A DNA stretch of 64,000 bases from the human T2T-CHM13v2.0 reference genome, Homo sapiens. Location of the stretch: NCBI RefSeq assembly GCF_009914755.1, contig NC_060937.1, one strand, 5' to 3'. This document shows, in pieces, positions 47,290-61,015 of this stretch. A program made the position numbers and the translations under genes. Every line of letters begins with the position of its first letter. Position 1 is the stretch's first letter. The notes beneath the pieces are model-generated. The model was not told the DNA's origin and searched no databases. It worked only from the letters and a program-made list of their open reading frames with translations.

Positions 47290-48590
47290 TATTACCCTTG
47301 TTGGTGATATTTAGACCACATGGTCTAGGTGTTATCCCAGGTATACACTGGGTAGTAAAAGCGGTGTTTGAGGAGACATTTTAATATTATCCAATTATCT
47401 TCAACATCCCTCCCATGGATTTAGCAATTACTGATGATTCTTGTCTATACCAGTCTTTACAGTAATGCTTACAAAATAATGATCTTCCAATTACAGCATT
47501 GCTATCACATTTAGTAGTCAGCAACTAGCATTATATAACCTCATTTTAAAAAAATTTTGTCGTCTATTATCTATCTATCTATATCTATCTTGATATGTCC
47601 ACATGAATTCTTATTTTTGAAACATTTATAGCTTCTTACTGTCCACATCATTATGATGTTAAATGTTCCCCAGGTTTGGATAGTGGAAGCATCTTCTAGC
47701 TGGTTCACATGCATTCCCCAACATGTTTTTTTTAACTCCCTTAATTTCTGGCGTAAAATGATGTTCCAAAGTCTTCCTGTATCTCCCCCATCCTAGCATC
47801 AAGGATCCTTTCTTAGAAAGAGCTAAGAAATATATATGTATATACTATACATAAATTTTAATAGATATGTGTACAGATATAATTGTACAAATATATGTGT
47901 GTACACCCACACATATGCATACAAACACACACACGCACACACTCCATGCTCGCAATTCCATAGTTGCCTTTCTTCCACTGTGTGAACTCTTCTTTCAAAC
48001 ATCAACCCATTTTATCATCTGTTCAATTCAATATAACACACCTAAAATAACATCCGAATTGCTTTACCCATACAACCATAAAAAATTTTTTTTAATGTTT
48101 TAGAGTTTGATTGCAGTGGCCACCCCCTCAAGAAATAACCAATATCAAAAACAAAAACTGAGGTTAAACATTAAATTAATGTGTTTAAAAGCTATTGGAT
48201 TGTTTCCCTGACCACCACCCTGTTAGTGTGGTTGTGCTATTCATTTGTAAAACTATTGGGTTCAGGTTGACTCGCTTGGTTTTAATTCTCTTTTTTTCTG
48301 TTTTCCATTCTTGTTGATGTACACATTAGCATGCTTCAAAAAGTCAAAACAACGTAAAAACCTCTACTTAGAAATCATTCATCCTTCCCTTTTTCCCTTC
48401 CACTATATCCCCATGTCTCACGTTAGTATCCAATTTATTGTTTTATCTTTCCTGTGTTTCTTTCCATAAAGATGTGATGATATATTTATAATTTATTTTC
48501 CATTTTAACAACAGTTTTCATAATAAATCTATTATTTGCATTTTGCTATTTCCACTAAGCAATATATGTTTGAAATCATCTATTTCAATT
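47290..48590 (-). mobile_element. L1MC/L1ME 3'UTR fragments with (TA)/(CA) low-complexity sequence at ~47830-47945
   Basis: ccccaggtttggatagtggaagc, atgatgttccaaagtc, ttttgctatttccactaagcaata. Confidence 0.55.
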
Positions 48591-50797
48591 AAAGTTTGTA
48601 ATTGTAAGTTTTTTTTTTAATATTTGTTTTCCTACTTACTTTTCACATAATTTCACAGTGTGGTGTAGGAAAGCATCATTTTCCAAAATTATTTAGTATT
48701 CCTCACTCAAATGTTAAAAGATTTTGTGGTTTCCTGACCTATTTTTACTCTCAGATGAAGAACAGTTAGGATTATAAGAGTCAATTAAAGATACAAAAAA
48801 ATTCTCATTTTCCTTAGAGAATAGAGTGATCTATTGTGTTGGTTAAAGATGCTAGTTGTTAAGTTAATGGATTCTATAACAAATGTCATTTGCTATATAT
48901 TTAATCACAGTTTATTCAAGATTTATTGAATACATAAGCTATATATTTCTATTTGCAGGTGATAGTAATGATTATATTCATTGCATTTTCAAGGTATGAA
49001 AGCAAATTATATAAAAGAAAAGATACCTGGAGTTAAATAGAAATATTAATAGTTTAAACCAATCATACAAAGGGCTATATTTACATAATTATCTCAAATA
49101 AATTCTGCTTATTTTTGGCTTTATTTGAGCTATTGGAATTATCTTGAAGCATATTATATCCTATTTATTCTGTAGGACCTTCTATACTTATTTTGCCAGT
49201 TTGCTAATTTATTTGCCTATCCGAGGTTAGTAATCTAAAATATTTTAACAGTTATATTCTTCTCTAGTTTTATAATTGCCATTTCAAGAATATTACATAA
49301 ATGGAATCATGCATTATGTAATCCTCAGGGACTGACTTTTTAATTTTGCATAATTCCCTGGAGATTCATGAAAGTTTTTGTGTATGTCAATAGATTGTTC
49401 CTTTTTATTTCTGAGCAATAGTCCGTGATACGAATGTACCATGGTTTGTTGAAGGACACGTTTTTTGTTTTGTTTTGTTTTCCAGTTTCAGACTACTATA
49501 AATAAAGCTCCTATGAACAATTGTGTCCGAGTTTTTGTGTAAAAAATGAGTTTTCATTTTTCTGAGATAAATGTTCAGGACTGCAATTTCTAAGTTACAT
49601 AGTAATTGCATATTTAGTTTTATGCAGACAGACTGTTTTCCTGAGAGACAATACCATTTTACATTTCCACCAACGATGTATCAATGATCCAATTTCTCTG
49701 TATTCTCACAAGCATATGGTGGTGTCATTATTTTTTTTTTTTTTGCTTTTATACTTTAGTGACTCTGATAGGTGTGATATTTAATAGGGTCCTCATTTTG
49801 GTTTTAATTTGCATTTGTTGATTTATAAAATAATTGAACATTTTTCATATGCTTATTTGACATCCATATACCATCCTCAGTGAAATGTCTGTTCTATCTT
49901 TTGAGTATTTCTTGTTGAACTTTTTAAAATTGTTTTACTGTTGAGTTTTGATACTTCTCAATATATATTCTAGAACTAGTTCTTTATTAGATAAGTAGTT
50001 TGCAAATACTTTATCTAACTTTGTAGATTGTTTTTTCATGCTCTTCACATGAGCTTTCACAGAGCAAAATTTTCATTTTTGATGAGGTCCACCTTATGAA
50101 ATGTCTGTCGTCCACGTTATCAAATGCCTGTTGTTTATGAATCGTGCTTTTGATATCAAGTAAGAATACTTCGCTTAGCGCTATAACATAAAGGTATTCT
50201 CCACTTTTTCTAAAATTTCAAAGTTTTACATTTTACATTTAGTTCTGTGACTAATTTTCAATTAACATTTTGTATAAGATGTAAAGTTTAGGTCACGTTT
50301 TATTTTCCTCCCTTATTGATATCAAATTGCTCCAGCATTATTTGTTGAAAGACCATTCTTTATCCATTGAGTTCTTTCTGCACCTTTATCAAAAATCAAT
50401 TCAGCATATTTGTGTGGATCTCTTTCCAGGATCTCTGTTCGGTTCTACCAATCTGTGTGTCTATTCCTCTACCAATACTACACTCTTTTGATTAGTGTAG
50501 CTATATAACAAGCCCCAGTATCAGGTACAGTGATTATTCCTACTCTATTTTTCTCTGCCAAGAGTTTTTGAGCAAGGACCCTTGCCTTTTCAAACAGATT
50601 TTAGAAAAAACTTGTAAATGTCTACGAAAACTTTGATGAAATTTTTACAAGAATTGCATTCAACCTATAGATTAGTTTAAGGAAATTGACTTTTACTTTG
50701 TTGAGCTTTCCAATCCATACACATGATCTGTATCTCCATTTATTTAAATATTCTTTGATTTGTTTCATGAACATTTTGTAATTGTAAGCTTGACAAC

Positions 50798-51583
<786 letters not shown>

Positions 51584-52114
51584 CAATCCTATATATGTAT
51601 TGCTAAATGCATACCTAAGTATTTAATTTTATTTGGAATGACTGTAGAAGCATTGTGTTTTTAATTTCATTCTTGGCAAGCTGTTTGATTTGGGGGTGTG
51701 GTCTCATGTCCTGCAACACAGCTAAAATCACTTATTCTCTGAGTTTTTGAAAATTTATTGGGATTATTTATGTATACAATCATGTCATCTGCAAACACAC
51801 AGAACTTTATTTCTTCCTTTTAAATCTGTATCTTTCCCTACACCTTGATTAGAATGTTTTGCAATAAGTTGAGAAAGAGTGATGATGAGCATTATCATCC
51901 TTGCCTTGTTCTCATTCTTAGAGGAAAAACATTCAGTCTTTCATTATTGTGTGGTTTTCTCTGAAGGTGACACATTTTATTAAATGGAGGTAATCTCCCT
52001 TTATTCCTAACCTGCTTACAATTTACATAATGAATGGGTGTTGGATTTTGTCAAATTATTTCCTGAATATATTAATATAATCATACAACTTTTCTTTTTA
52101 CTATGCCAATATAA

Positions 52115-52437
<323 letters not shown>

Positions 52438-53047
52438 TAATTTTAATATGCTAGATCAGTCTTGAAAATCTGGGATAAACTGTCCTTTGTCATGGTGTAT
52501 AATTCTTTTTATATATTGTCAAATTGAGTCTGGTAGTATGTTGTTGAGGGTTTTCATGTTGAAATTTATGAGAGATATTGGTTTTTAATTTCTATTTTGT
52601 ACTCTCTCCCCCTACTTTTGATATGAGGATAATACTGTCTTCAAAAAAATGGTGAAGTGTTCTACTTTGTTGTTGATGAAAAGAGTCAATCTCTAAAATA
52701 TTTGAAGAGATTTATTCTGAGCCATTTTATATTTTGTATGAATGACACCACCTCAGAACGAACATCCTAAGAATGTTCCCAAGGTGGTTGGCCTACAGCT
52801 TGGTTTTATATGTTTTAAGGAGATATGAGGTATCAATCAATACCTGTAAGATATACATTGGTTAGGTCTGGAAAAGTGAAATAACTAACAGTGGGATTGT
52901 GCGGGGTGGGAAGAAACTGCTTCCAAGGTCATAAGTGTATTCAAAGATTTTCTCAATGACAGTTGAAAGTGTTTATCTAAAGTCCTGCAATCAGTGCAAG
53001 GGAATGCCTAGGTTAAGATAAGGGGTTGTGGAGACCAAGGTTCTTAT

Positions 53048-53684
53048 TGTGTCCGGAATTTACTCCTTCGGATGGGTTTTTGGTCTCGCTGATTTCAAGA
53101 CCTTCGCAGTGAGTGTTACAGCTCTTAAAAATGGTATGTCTGGAGTTTCTTCCTTCAGATGTTCAGACACGTCCAGAGTTTCTTCCTTCCGGTGGGTTTG
53201 TGGTCTTGCTGACTTCAAGAATAAAGCCGCGGACTTCACACAAGTGTTACAGCTCTTAAAGGTGGTGCGGACCCAAAGAGTGAGGAACAGCAAGATTTAT
53301 TGTGAAAAGCGAAAGAACAAAACTTCCACAGCATGGATGGTGACCTGAGCAGGTTGCCGCTGCTGGCTGGGGTGGCCAGCTTTTATCCCCTTATTTGGCC
53401 CTGCCCATGTTCTGCTGATTGGTCCATTTTACAGAGTGCTGATTGGTCCATTTTACAGAGTGCTGAGTGGTGCTTTTACAATCATTTAGCTAGACACAGA
53501 GCACTGATTGGTGCATTTTTACAGAGTGCTGATTGGTGCGGTTACAGTCCTTTAGCTAGACACACAGCACTGAGTGGTGCATTTTTACAGAGTGCATATT
53601 GGTGCATTTACAATCCTTTAGCTAGACAGAAAAGTTCTTCAAGTCCTCACTCCATCCAGGAAGTCCAGCTGGCTTCACCTCTCA
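53048..53684 (-). mobile_element. LTR12 (ERV9) solo LTR
   Basis: The reverse complement begins TGAGAGGTGAAGCCAGCTGGACTTCCTGG; tandem CCAATCAGCACTCTG repeats; perfect 4-bp TSD ttat. Confidence 0.9.
53370..53630 (-). promoter_or_regulatory. LTR12 U3 promoter module (tandem CCAAT/NF-Y boxes and TATA-like GATAAAA)
   Basis: Several attgg (CCAAT on the minus strand) in 53418-53602 upstream of ggggataaaagctgg. LTR12 promoters are known to depend on NF-Y; activity at this copy is unproven. Confidence 0.45.
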
Positions 53685-54302
53685 TTATTATGCAGATGAA
53701 ACCTCCAGGTAGCAGGCTTCGTAGGGAATAGATGGTAAGTATTTCTTATCAGACTTAAAAAGGTTCCAGATTCTTAGTTAATTCTCTCCTAGATCAGGGA
53801 AAATACCTGTAAGGGGAAGGGGATTACCCACAGAATGTACACTTTGTGCACAAGAGATAGCTTTTCAGGACCATTTCAAAACATGTCAAAGAAATATATT
53901 TTGGGGTAAAATCATTTGATTTCTTTTAGGACCTTCTGTCATTTTGGTATCTTATTGTTACAAAGAGACTTCTCTGTCAGAGGTCTCTGTTTTAGTGTTA
54001 ATGCTGGTCAGTTGTGCTGGTCAGAATTCCAGAGGCAGAAGGATATAATGAGGCATGTCCAACTACCCATTCCCATCATGGCCTGAACTGTTGTTTCAGG
54101 TTTACTTTGTAACACCTTTGGCCCAGAGGAGGGGTCCATTCAGTTGGTTGGGGGCTTAGAATTTTATTTTTGGTTTACAGTAATATTTTTTGAAAAAATT
54201 ATGTAAAATTGCTGTCAGTTTTCCTTTAAATGTGTGGTAGAATTGTCCTGTGAACTCATTCAGCCTGTAGATCTCTTTTTTTGAGATCTTTTAAATAACA
54301 AA

Positions 54303-54432
54303 TTCTTTTTTATTTTAAGGTGGAGTCTAGCTATGTTGTGCAGGCTGGTCTTGATCTCCCAGGCTCAAGGAATCCTTCTGCCTCAGCCTCCTGAGTAGTT
54401 GGGACTACAGGCATGTGCCAGCACACCAGGCT
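54303..54432 (-). mobile_element. FLAM_A monomer
   Basis: ctatgttgtgcaggctggtcttga..ggctcaagg..cctcagcctcctgagtag; short TSD acaaat. Confidence 0.85.
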
Positions 54433-54776
54433 ACAAATACATTTTTAAATGGTTACAACTCTAGTCATATGATGTATTTCATCGTGGTTGAATTTTGTTG
54501 CTTATAGTTTTCAAGAAATTGGTACAATTTATTTAGTTATCAAATTTGTGAGTGTAAAATTATTCAGATATCCACTTATTTTTCTTTTAATAGCTGTAGA
54601 ACCTGTAGTAATATGGTTGTTTTATTCCTAATGTAGATATTTGTGTTTACTCACTGTATGCTTGTTATTCTTGTTGGAAGTTTATCAGTTTTATTGATTT
54701 GTTTTGTATATTTGTGCTTTTGCTTATTTACTTTTCTTGATTGTTTTCTATTTTCAATTTCTTTGAATTCTGCTTT

Positions 54777-55245
54777 TGTGAACTCCAAACATTTGAGACA
54801 GATCTCAGTTAATTTAGAAAGTTTGTTTTGCCAAGGTTGAGGACGCATGCCCATGACACATCCTCAGGAAGTCCTGACAACATGTATCCAGGGTGGTCAG
54901 AGCACAGTTTGGTTTTATACATTTTAGGGAGACATGAGATATCAATACATATATGTAAGATGAACATTGGTTCTGTCTGGAAAAGCAGAACAACTAGAAG
55001 CAAAGACAGGATAACTCAAAGCGGGGAGGGGGCTTCCAGGTCATAGGTAGATAAGAGACAAAGATTGCATTCTTTTGAGTTTCTGACTAGCTTCTCCAAA
55101 GGAGGCAATCAGATATGCATTTATCTCAGTGAGCAGAGGGTGACTTTAAATAGAATGGGAAACAGGTTGTCCTAAGCAGTTCCCAACTTGACTTTTCCCT
55201 TTAGCTTCCTGATTTTGGGGCCACAAGGTTTATTTTTCTTTCACA
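54777..55245 (-). mobile_element. MER4A1 solo LTR
   Basis: tgtgaactccaaacatttgagacagatctcagttaatttagaaag ... tttttctttcaca; near TSD cttt/ctct. Confidence 0.9.
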
Positions 55246-55357
55246 CTCTTATCTTTGTTGTTCTCTTCTGCTTACTTGGGTTTATTACGATTTTCTTTTT
55301 GTAGTTTATTGAAGTAAGAACTTAAGTTACTGAAGGTATTAATTTGAGAATTCACTT

Positions 55358-55481
55358 CTTTTTTGTGTGTGTGACAAGGTCTCATTCCGCAATTTTTGTC
55401 TGGGGTATAGTGGCATGATCATAGCTCACTGTAACCTCAAACTGCAGGGTTCAAGGGATACTCCTGCCTCAGTCTCCCAAA
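55358..55481 (-). mobile_element. Partial AluJ/FRAM right monomer
   Basis: gacaaggtctcattc..tggcatgatcatagctcactgtaacctcaaac..ctcctgcctcagtctcccaa. Confidence 0.75.
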
Positions 55482-55807
55482 TGTCACATTTCTAATGTAA
55501 GTCTTTGGTGCTATAAAGTTCCCTCTTAACACTTCTTTATGTAAATCTCACGTATTTTATGTCTTGTTTTGACTTTCGTTCTGATACTTTCTTTTAGTGA
55601 AGACTTTTCCTATGACCCATATATTATTTAAAAGTGTGTTTCTGAAACTCCTATGAGGTTAAACATTTCCTATTTTTTTCTGGTATCAATTTATAATTTA
55701 ATTTCATTATTATCAGTGAACACACTATATAATTTCAATTCTTTTAAATTTCTTTATAATGTTTGTTTTAAGACCTAAGATATGCTTAATACTGTTTAAT
55801 GTTTCAA

Positions 55808-56289
55808 GGTACATTCATTTCCTAACAATAAGTATTTTATAATTACCACAGAACTGAGTGTCTTAAAACATCAGAAATCTATTAACTGAAAGTGCTGAAC
55901 GCTGGAAGTCTAAAATTAGAATTAGCAGTACAATGCTCCCACCGAAATCTCTAAGAGAATCTTTTCTTGGCTCTTCCTAGCTTCTGATGGTTGATCAGCA
56001 ATCTTTGGCCTTCCTTGGTTTGTGGATGTATCACTCATACTCTGCCTTCACATGGCATTCTCCCTATGTTCCTGTCTATGTCACTTCTCTCATAAAGATA
56101 TCAATCATATTGGATTAGGGACCCAGCCTACTCCATTATGGCTTAATTTTAGCTACTTTTATCTGCACAATGGTCCGATTTTCAAATAAAGTCACATTTG
56201 AAGGTTCAGAGGTACTGGGGAAAAAGATTTCAACTCTTTTTTTTTTTTTTGGTGGGGTAGAGGGGAGTGTTACTTTTCAACCCATAATA
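55808..56289 (-). mobile_element. MLT1C solo LTR
   Basis: gctcttcctagcttctgatggttg..agcaatc, catattggattaggg, caaataaagtcacatt; ends ttcaacccataata. Confidence 0.85.
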
Positions 56290-56875
56290 CGTGGGCTCTT
56301 AAAAACAAATCTGCTGTTATTGGATGGGTTATTTTATATAGGACAATTAGATCCTGTTGGTAGATTGTGTGATTTAACTCTTCTCTATCTGTAGAATTTC
56401 CATCTAATAGTTCTTTTAATTGCTGACAGGGGGTCTTTGAAGTCCTCCAGCTATAACTGTGAATTCCTCTGTTTCTGCTATCAGTTCTATCAGCTTTTGC
56501 TTTATATATTCTGTGGATCTGTTTTATTCATAGGTACACATTTGGGATTGTTTTGCCTAACGATTTGCCTCATTTGTTAATGCATTAACATTAATGCATT
56601 GACCATTTTATCATTATGTAATGTCCTTCTTGGTGTATATGTTTTTTGTTTTGAAGTTTACTTCATATTACATATTGATTTAGCCACTTTTGCTTTTTAT
56701 ATGTAATATTTGCATGCTGTATATTTTTCCATTATTTCACTTGTATGGTACCTTTGCCATTGAATTTGAAGTAAAATTCTTGTAAGCAACATATAGTTTG
56801 GTCATTCTTTAATATTGATTTTGCTAATCTCTGTCTCTTGATTAATGTATTTAGACCACTTACATTTAAAGTAAC

Positions 56876-56984
56876 TATTGATATATTAGCACCTAAATGT
56901 GCCACTTTCTTATTATATATTTGTTTACTCTGGATCACAATATATAATAAAAAAGTGGCACATTTAGATGTTACTATATCAATA
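56876..56984. repeat. Inverted repeat: 46-bp arms, 17-nt spacer
   Basis: Arms 56876-56921 and 56939-56984 form 42 of 46 Watson-Crick pairs (checked base by base). Confidence 0.92.
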
Positions 56985-57055
56985 CTACTTGAGGTCACTT
57001 GAACTTATCTTTTGTTCATGATTCCATCTTCATTTATTTATGGTGTTTTTGAGTA

Positions 57056-57389
57056 CAGTCAGCCCTCATATGTGTGGGTTGCACATTCCTGGATTCAACC
57101 AAACATTAATGGAAAATATTTTTTAAAAATTGCACTTGTGCTGAACACCTATAGACATTTTTCTTTTGTCATTATTCTCTAAACAATATAGTGTAACAAC
57201 TATTTACACGACATTTTCACTTTATTAGGTATGATAAGTAATCTAGAGATGATTTAAAGTATATAGGAGAATGTGTGTAAGTTATATGCAAATACTATGT
57301 CATTTTGTATTAAGGACTTGAGGATCCCTAGATTCTGATATTCAAAAGAGGGTCTGAAATCAATCTCTCATAAATACCAAGGACCATTG
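57056..57389. mobile_element. MER2 (Tigger-family MITE)
   Basis: ta|cagtcagccctc...ggattcaacca ... aagtaatctagagatgatttaaagtata ... ataccaaggaccattg. Confidence 0.88.
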
Positions 57390-58613
57390 TGTATCTCTTT
57401 GTACAGTTTTCACAGTGGTGGCTCTGGGTATTACAATATACATATGCATTTTACCACTCTAAGTAATGTGCAGGAAGCTCACTTCCATTTAGTTTTTATC
57501 TTCCTCATATTTAAATATCATTGTCTTGAGTATCAGATAGTACTATACATTTTGTTTCAATTAATAAATATGATATATAAACTCATGAGAAAAAAGATAC
57601 TATATTATATATTGATATACTCATATTCCTGACTCTTTATATATAGTTTCTTCTTCCTGGTGTTCCATGACTCCCCCTTTTGTCATTTTTTTCTGGATTT
57701 TGGGTTCAGTCATCTGATCATAGTAATTCCCTTCCATCCTCATTGCTATTTCAATAATATAAATCTCATACTATGTTTCATAGAATGCTCTGAGTTTAAA
57801 AATAAATAACTGAAAATAACTCTTAAAATATGTGTTATTCTAAATTCATAAATTATATACTTTTTTCTTCAAGGTAGCCATCCCAGATATGTCAGAAACC
57901 ATATGATATTTTAGTTATCCTTATGTATATGTGAGAATGCACACCTTCAGTTACATATCAATGTGAAAAGAATCGTATTCGGCAGGTACGCCATCAGTTA
58001 AGCATGAGAAAAATGACTTTACAGATAAAATCAAACAGAAGAAGAAAGTGTGGAGAAAAAACAATGTAGCATAAAAGACTTTGAAAGTCAAATACTCTGT
58101 GTGATGTGTGATGAAAAGGTAAAAAAACAGCATTGAAATTAGGGAATCGATGCTTTAGTTTTAAAAAACATTGATTTACCTAGGAAAGCTATGGCAACAA
58201 TTCAAATAATGAGGAGAACAAACAAAACATAAATAAAAACAGTACTACTGAACTTAAGTTCTATGTGCTTGCATGCCTGTGTTTGTTTATACTGAATAAG
58301 CTATAGTAAAATATTAGCCCCCTCAAACCTTACAGTTAATTCAACCTATTTTATCAGTTACCCATTTATAATCAGTTGATGACATTGCAACATTTTAAAA
58401 TTATAGAGAAATAATTTATAAAAATTGAAGTGATACTTTTGCAGCAGAAAGTTTAAAGTTGAAAGGTTTTGATGTATTGACTACACACCTGATATTTTGT
58501 ATAGGCCCTAATTTTAATTTTAACCAGAATAGAATAGCTATATTTTTAAATGTTTATTTTATATATACAAAAGCAAAGTCAGGAGGTAACTATGTAGAGA
58601 ATGCGCACTCGTA

Positions 58614-58938
58614 GGCCAAGCATGGTGCCTCATGTTTGTAATCACAGCACATTGGGAGGCCAAGGTGGGCAGATCATCTGAGGTCAGGAGGTCAAGACCA
58701 CACTGGGTAACATGGCAAAACCCTGTCTCTACCAAAAATAGAAAAATTAGCCAGGTGTGGTGGTGCGTGCCTGTAAACCCAGCTACTTGGGAGGCTGAGG
58801 TGGGAGAATCCCTTGAACACAGGAGGTGGAGGTTGTAGTGAGCCGATATCAAGCCAATGCACTCCAGCCTGGGCAACAGAAACAGAGTGAAACTCCATCT
58901 CAATTAAAAAAAAACAAAAAACAAACTAACAAAAACCA
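58614..58938 (+). mobile_element. AluS (old, Sx/Sz-like)
   Basis: Full Alu; TSD agaatg(c/t)gcact(c/t)gta. Confidence 0.93.
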
Positions 58939-59865
58939 AGAATGTGCACTTGTAGATGCAATGTCATTTTAAGAACAGTTTTCAATATACAAACCCTTTT
59001 ATAACTACATGCCAATTTTTTCACTAAGTAAGGTTGGCACAGCTTCAAATAGCATTTTATGGAATTAAACTAACACACATTTTACCTGAGGAGGTTTTGT
59101 TGAATTTTATAAATTTGTTTTATTCCATTTTCTTTATATAAATTTATAAAATAAATATATAAAAATATGTGGTGTTAATATACATTTAGGAAAATGATAT
59201 TTATAATATTTTATTCTTAATTACTTATTCAAATAGTCACACCAACATTCGTGCATAAATGTATGAATTCCTGAAATCCTCAATTTGACATTTTATTTTC
59301 AAAGATGTTTTATTTTGGGGGGGTTAAACACTTTAGGTACTAGGTTGTGAATCATGACTATTGAATAAAACTAAATTTCCCAAGCATCATTTTTTATTAT
59401 ATTCAATTAAGAAAACTTGCAAATTAGATATATCTATTAGCATACTCATTAGCGTTGATGTATAATTTAATTATAAATATTCGTTAAATAAATCCTAAAA
59501 ACAAATAAATAATTGACACAGCTCAGAGTCGACTGGGTGCAGTTGAGGACTTTTATTTCCAGAATCCATAGTTTATTTGTTCTTGGTTTGTTGTATTAAT
59601 AATATATTGCTATTCTTGCATTCTAAGCTTGTAGTATTAAACACATACATATTTTTTACATTCTAAGTTCTTTTAAGACTCAGTGACTTGGGCCACACTG
59701 TCCCTTGGACTGTAATGACTTCCTCTTTTTTACTTAGTTGTTATTTCAACCACAATGCAGCATTAGAGTCTCCAAAAAAGATCTCTGATGCCCAGTGTCT
59801 GAAGCATGTATCCTTTCATATGAGATTACAGGTATCTGACACTTACTTACCTGTATCATTCCATG

Positions 59866-60120
59866 CATAGTGTTAATGAAGAGATTGGGCTCTGGAGTTG
59901 TGAACTACTTATCTGGAGTTTAAATTTTCATTTTATTATGTTTTTTTCTGTGTGATCTTGGGCAAGTTATCTAAAGTGTGTGTTACTCAGTTTATATCTT
60001 AAAATAAAAACACTATGAGTACCTATCCCCTAAATTTATTTTGAGAAACAATTGAGTACATTTTTGTAAGATATTTAAATTGTCTATCACTTCCTAAGCA
60101 CACTGTAAAATTTTAATCCT
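59866..60120 (+). mobile_element. MIR
   Basis: gggctctggagt, ctgtgtgatcttgggcaagtta, ctcagtttatatct. Confidence 0.75.
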
Positions 60121-60869
60121 TTTATTTAAATATCATAGCATTGTCCATTTCCTTTTTTAATATTTTTGATACAAGACTGAAATTTTCAAAGGTAAAACCT
60201 GTTTTTTTGTTAATCTAGATATCCACAGTGCCAAATCAAATAAGACACGTAGTAAGTATTTAATCAAATTTTTGAATAAATGATCACATACGAACTTTCT
60301 TAAAGTAATCTAAATTGCAGGACTTCAATAAGCATCTCAAAGAGGTAGTTTTTTTAATTGAAGATTTCTATGCATCAATATGGGATTATGGAACTACAGA
60401 GTCAAGGATTGGAGGATTTAGCAGTTCCTCAATATTTAAAAAGTTTTTATGTATATTGATCAATTTTTGTGCAGACATTAATTTTCTTGTTTTTTACATA
60501 CCTAAAGATATTAAATAGTCCCAGAATAATAAATAAATAAATTGAGTGCATTTATTAAATGGTTTTCACTTTCTAGTTCTTCATAATACATGTTTTTTTT
60601 CTCACTTTTAATTTACAATCTGAACCTTCATCAATTTGGGGTGAATAATCACTTCTGACTTGCAGCTAAAATGATCACAGATTACCATGGAGTAATTTTG
60701 GCACTGAAACCCATCCTCAGATGAAAACTATACATAATATACAAATTTCTACTATTAGTGCATATATATGTTTATATCACATATAATTTATTATTTTGTG
60801 TTATTTTTGTTTTAAATTACAATTACAGATAAGTTATATACATTAATCTATCATTTGTCTTTTGAGGTC

Positions 60870-61015
60870 GATATTAATTTTTTTTAAAATAAAGTGACTG
60901 TGGAAGCAATAATTTAAGTAATTTTCAATGTCACAGCTAATAAAGGGCAAAGATTAGTATTTGAAAATAAAATAGCCTGAGTCCTAAGTCCAAGCTAATA
61001 AATACTATATTATTC
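60870..61015 (-). mobile_element. MIR fragment
   Basis: taagtaattttcaatgtcacagctaataaagggcaaag..cctgagtcctaagtcc. Confidence 0.6.

Larger units (their letters stand above)
52671..54179 (-). mobile_element. MER4D-like solo LTR split by LTR12
   Basis: tgttgatgaaaagagtcaa..aaatatttgaagagatttattctgagcc ... cttagaattttatttttggtttaca. Confidence 0.85.

Noticed and set aside
50087-50132. 23-bp tandem duplication in L1 (also 12-bp duplications near 5260, 21820 and 26640)
   Set aside because: Ordinary slippage duplications with no sign of function.
53410-53630. Regularly spaced repeats resembling a CRISPR-like array
   Set aside because: These are the intrinsic U3 tandem repeats of LTR12 with no unique spacers, in eukaryotic DNA with no cas genes.
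59845-59915. Perfect minus-strand donor CAG|gtaagt at 59851/59850
   Set aside because: Upstream acceptors fall within a MIR and are weak.
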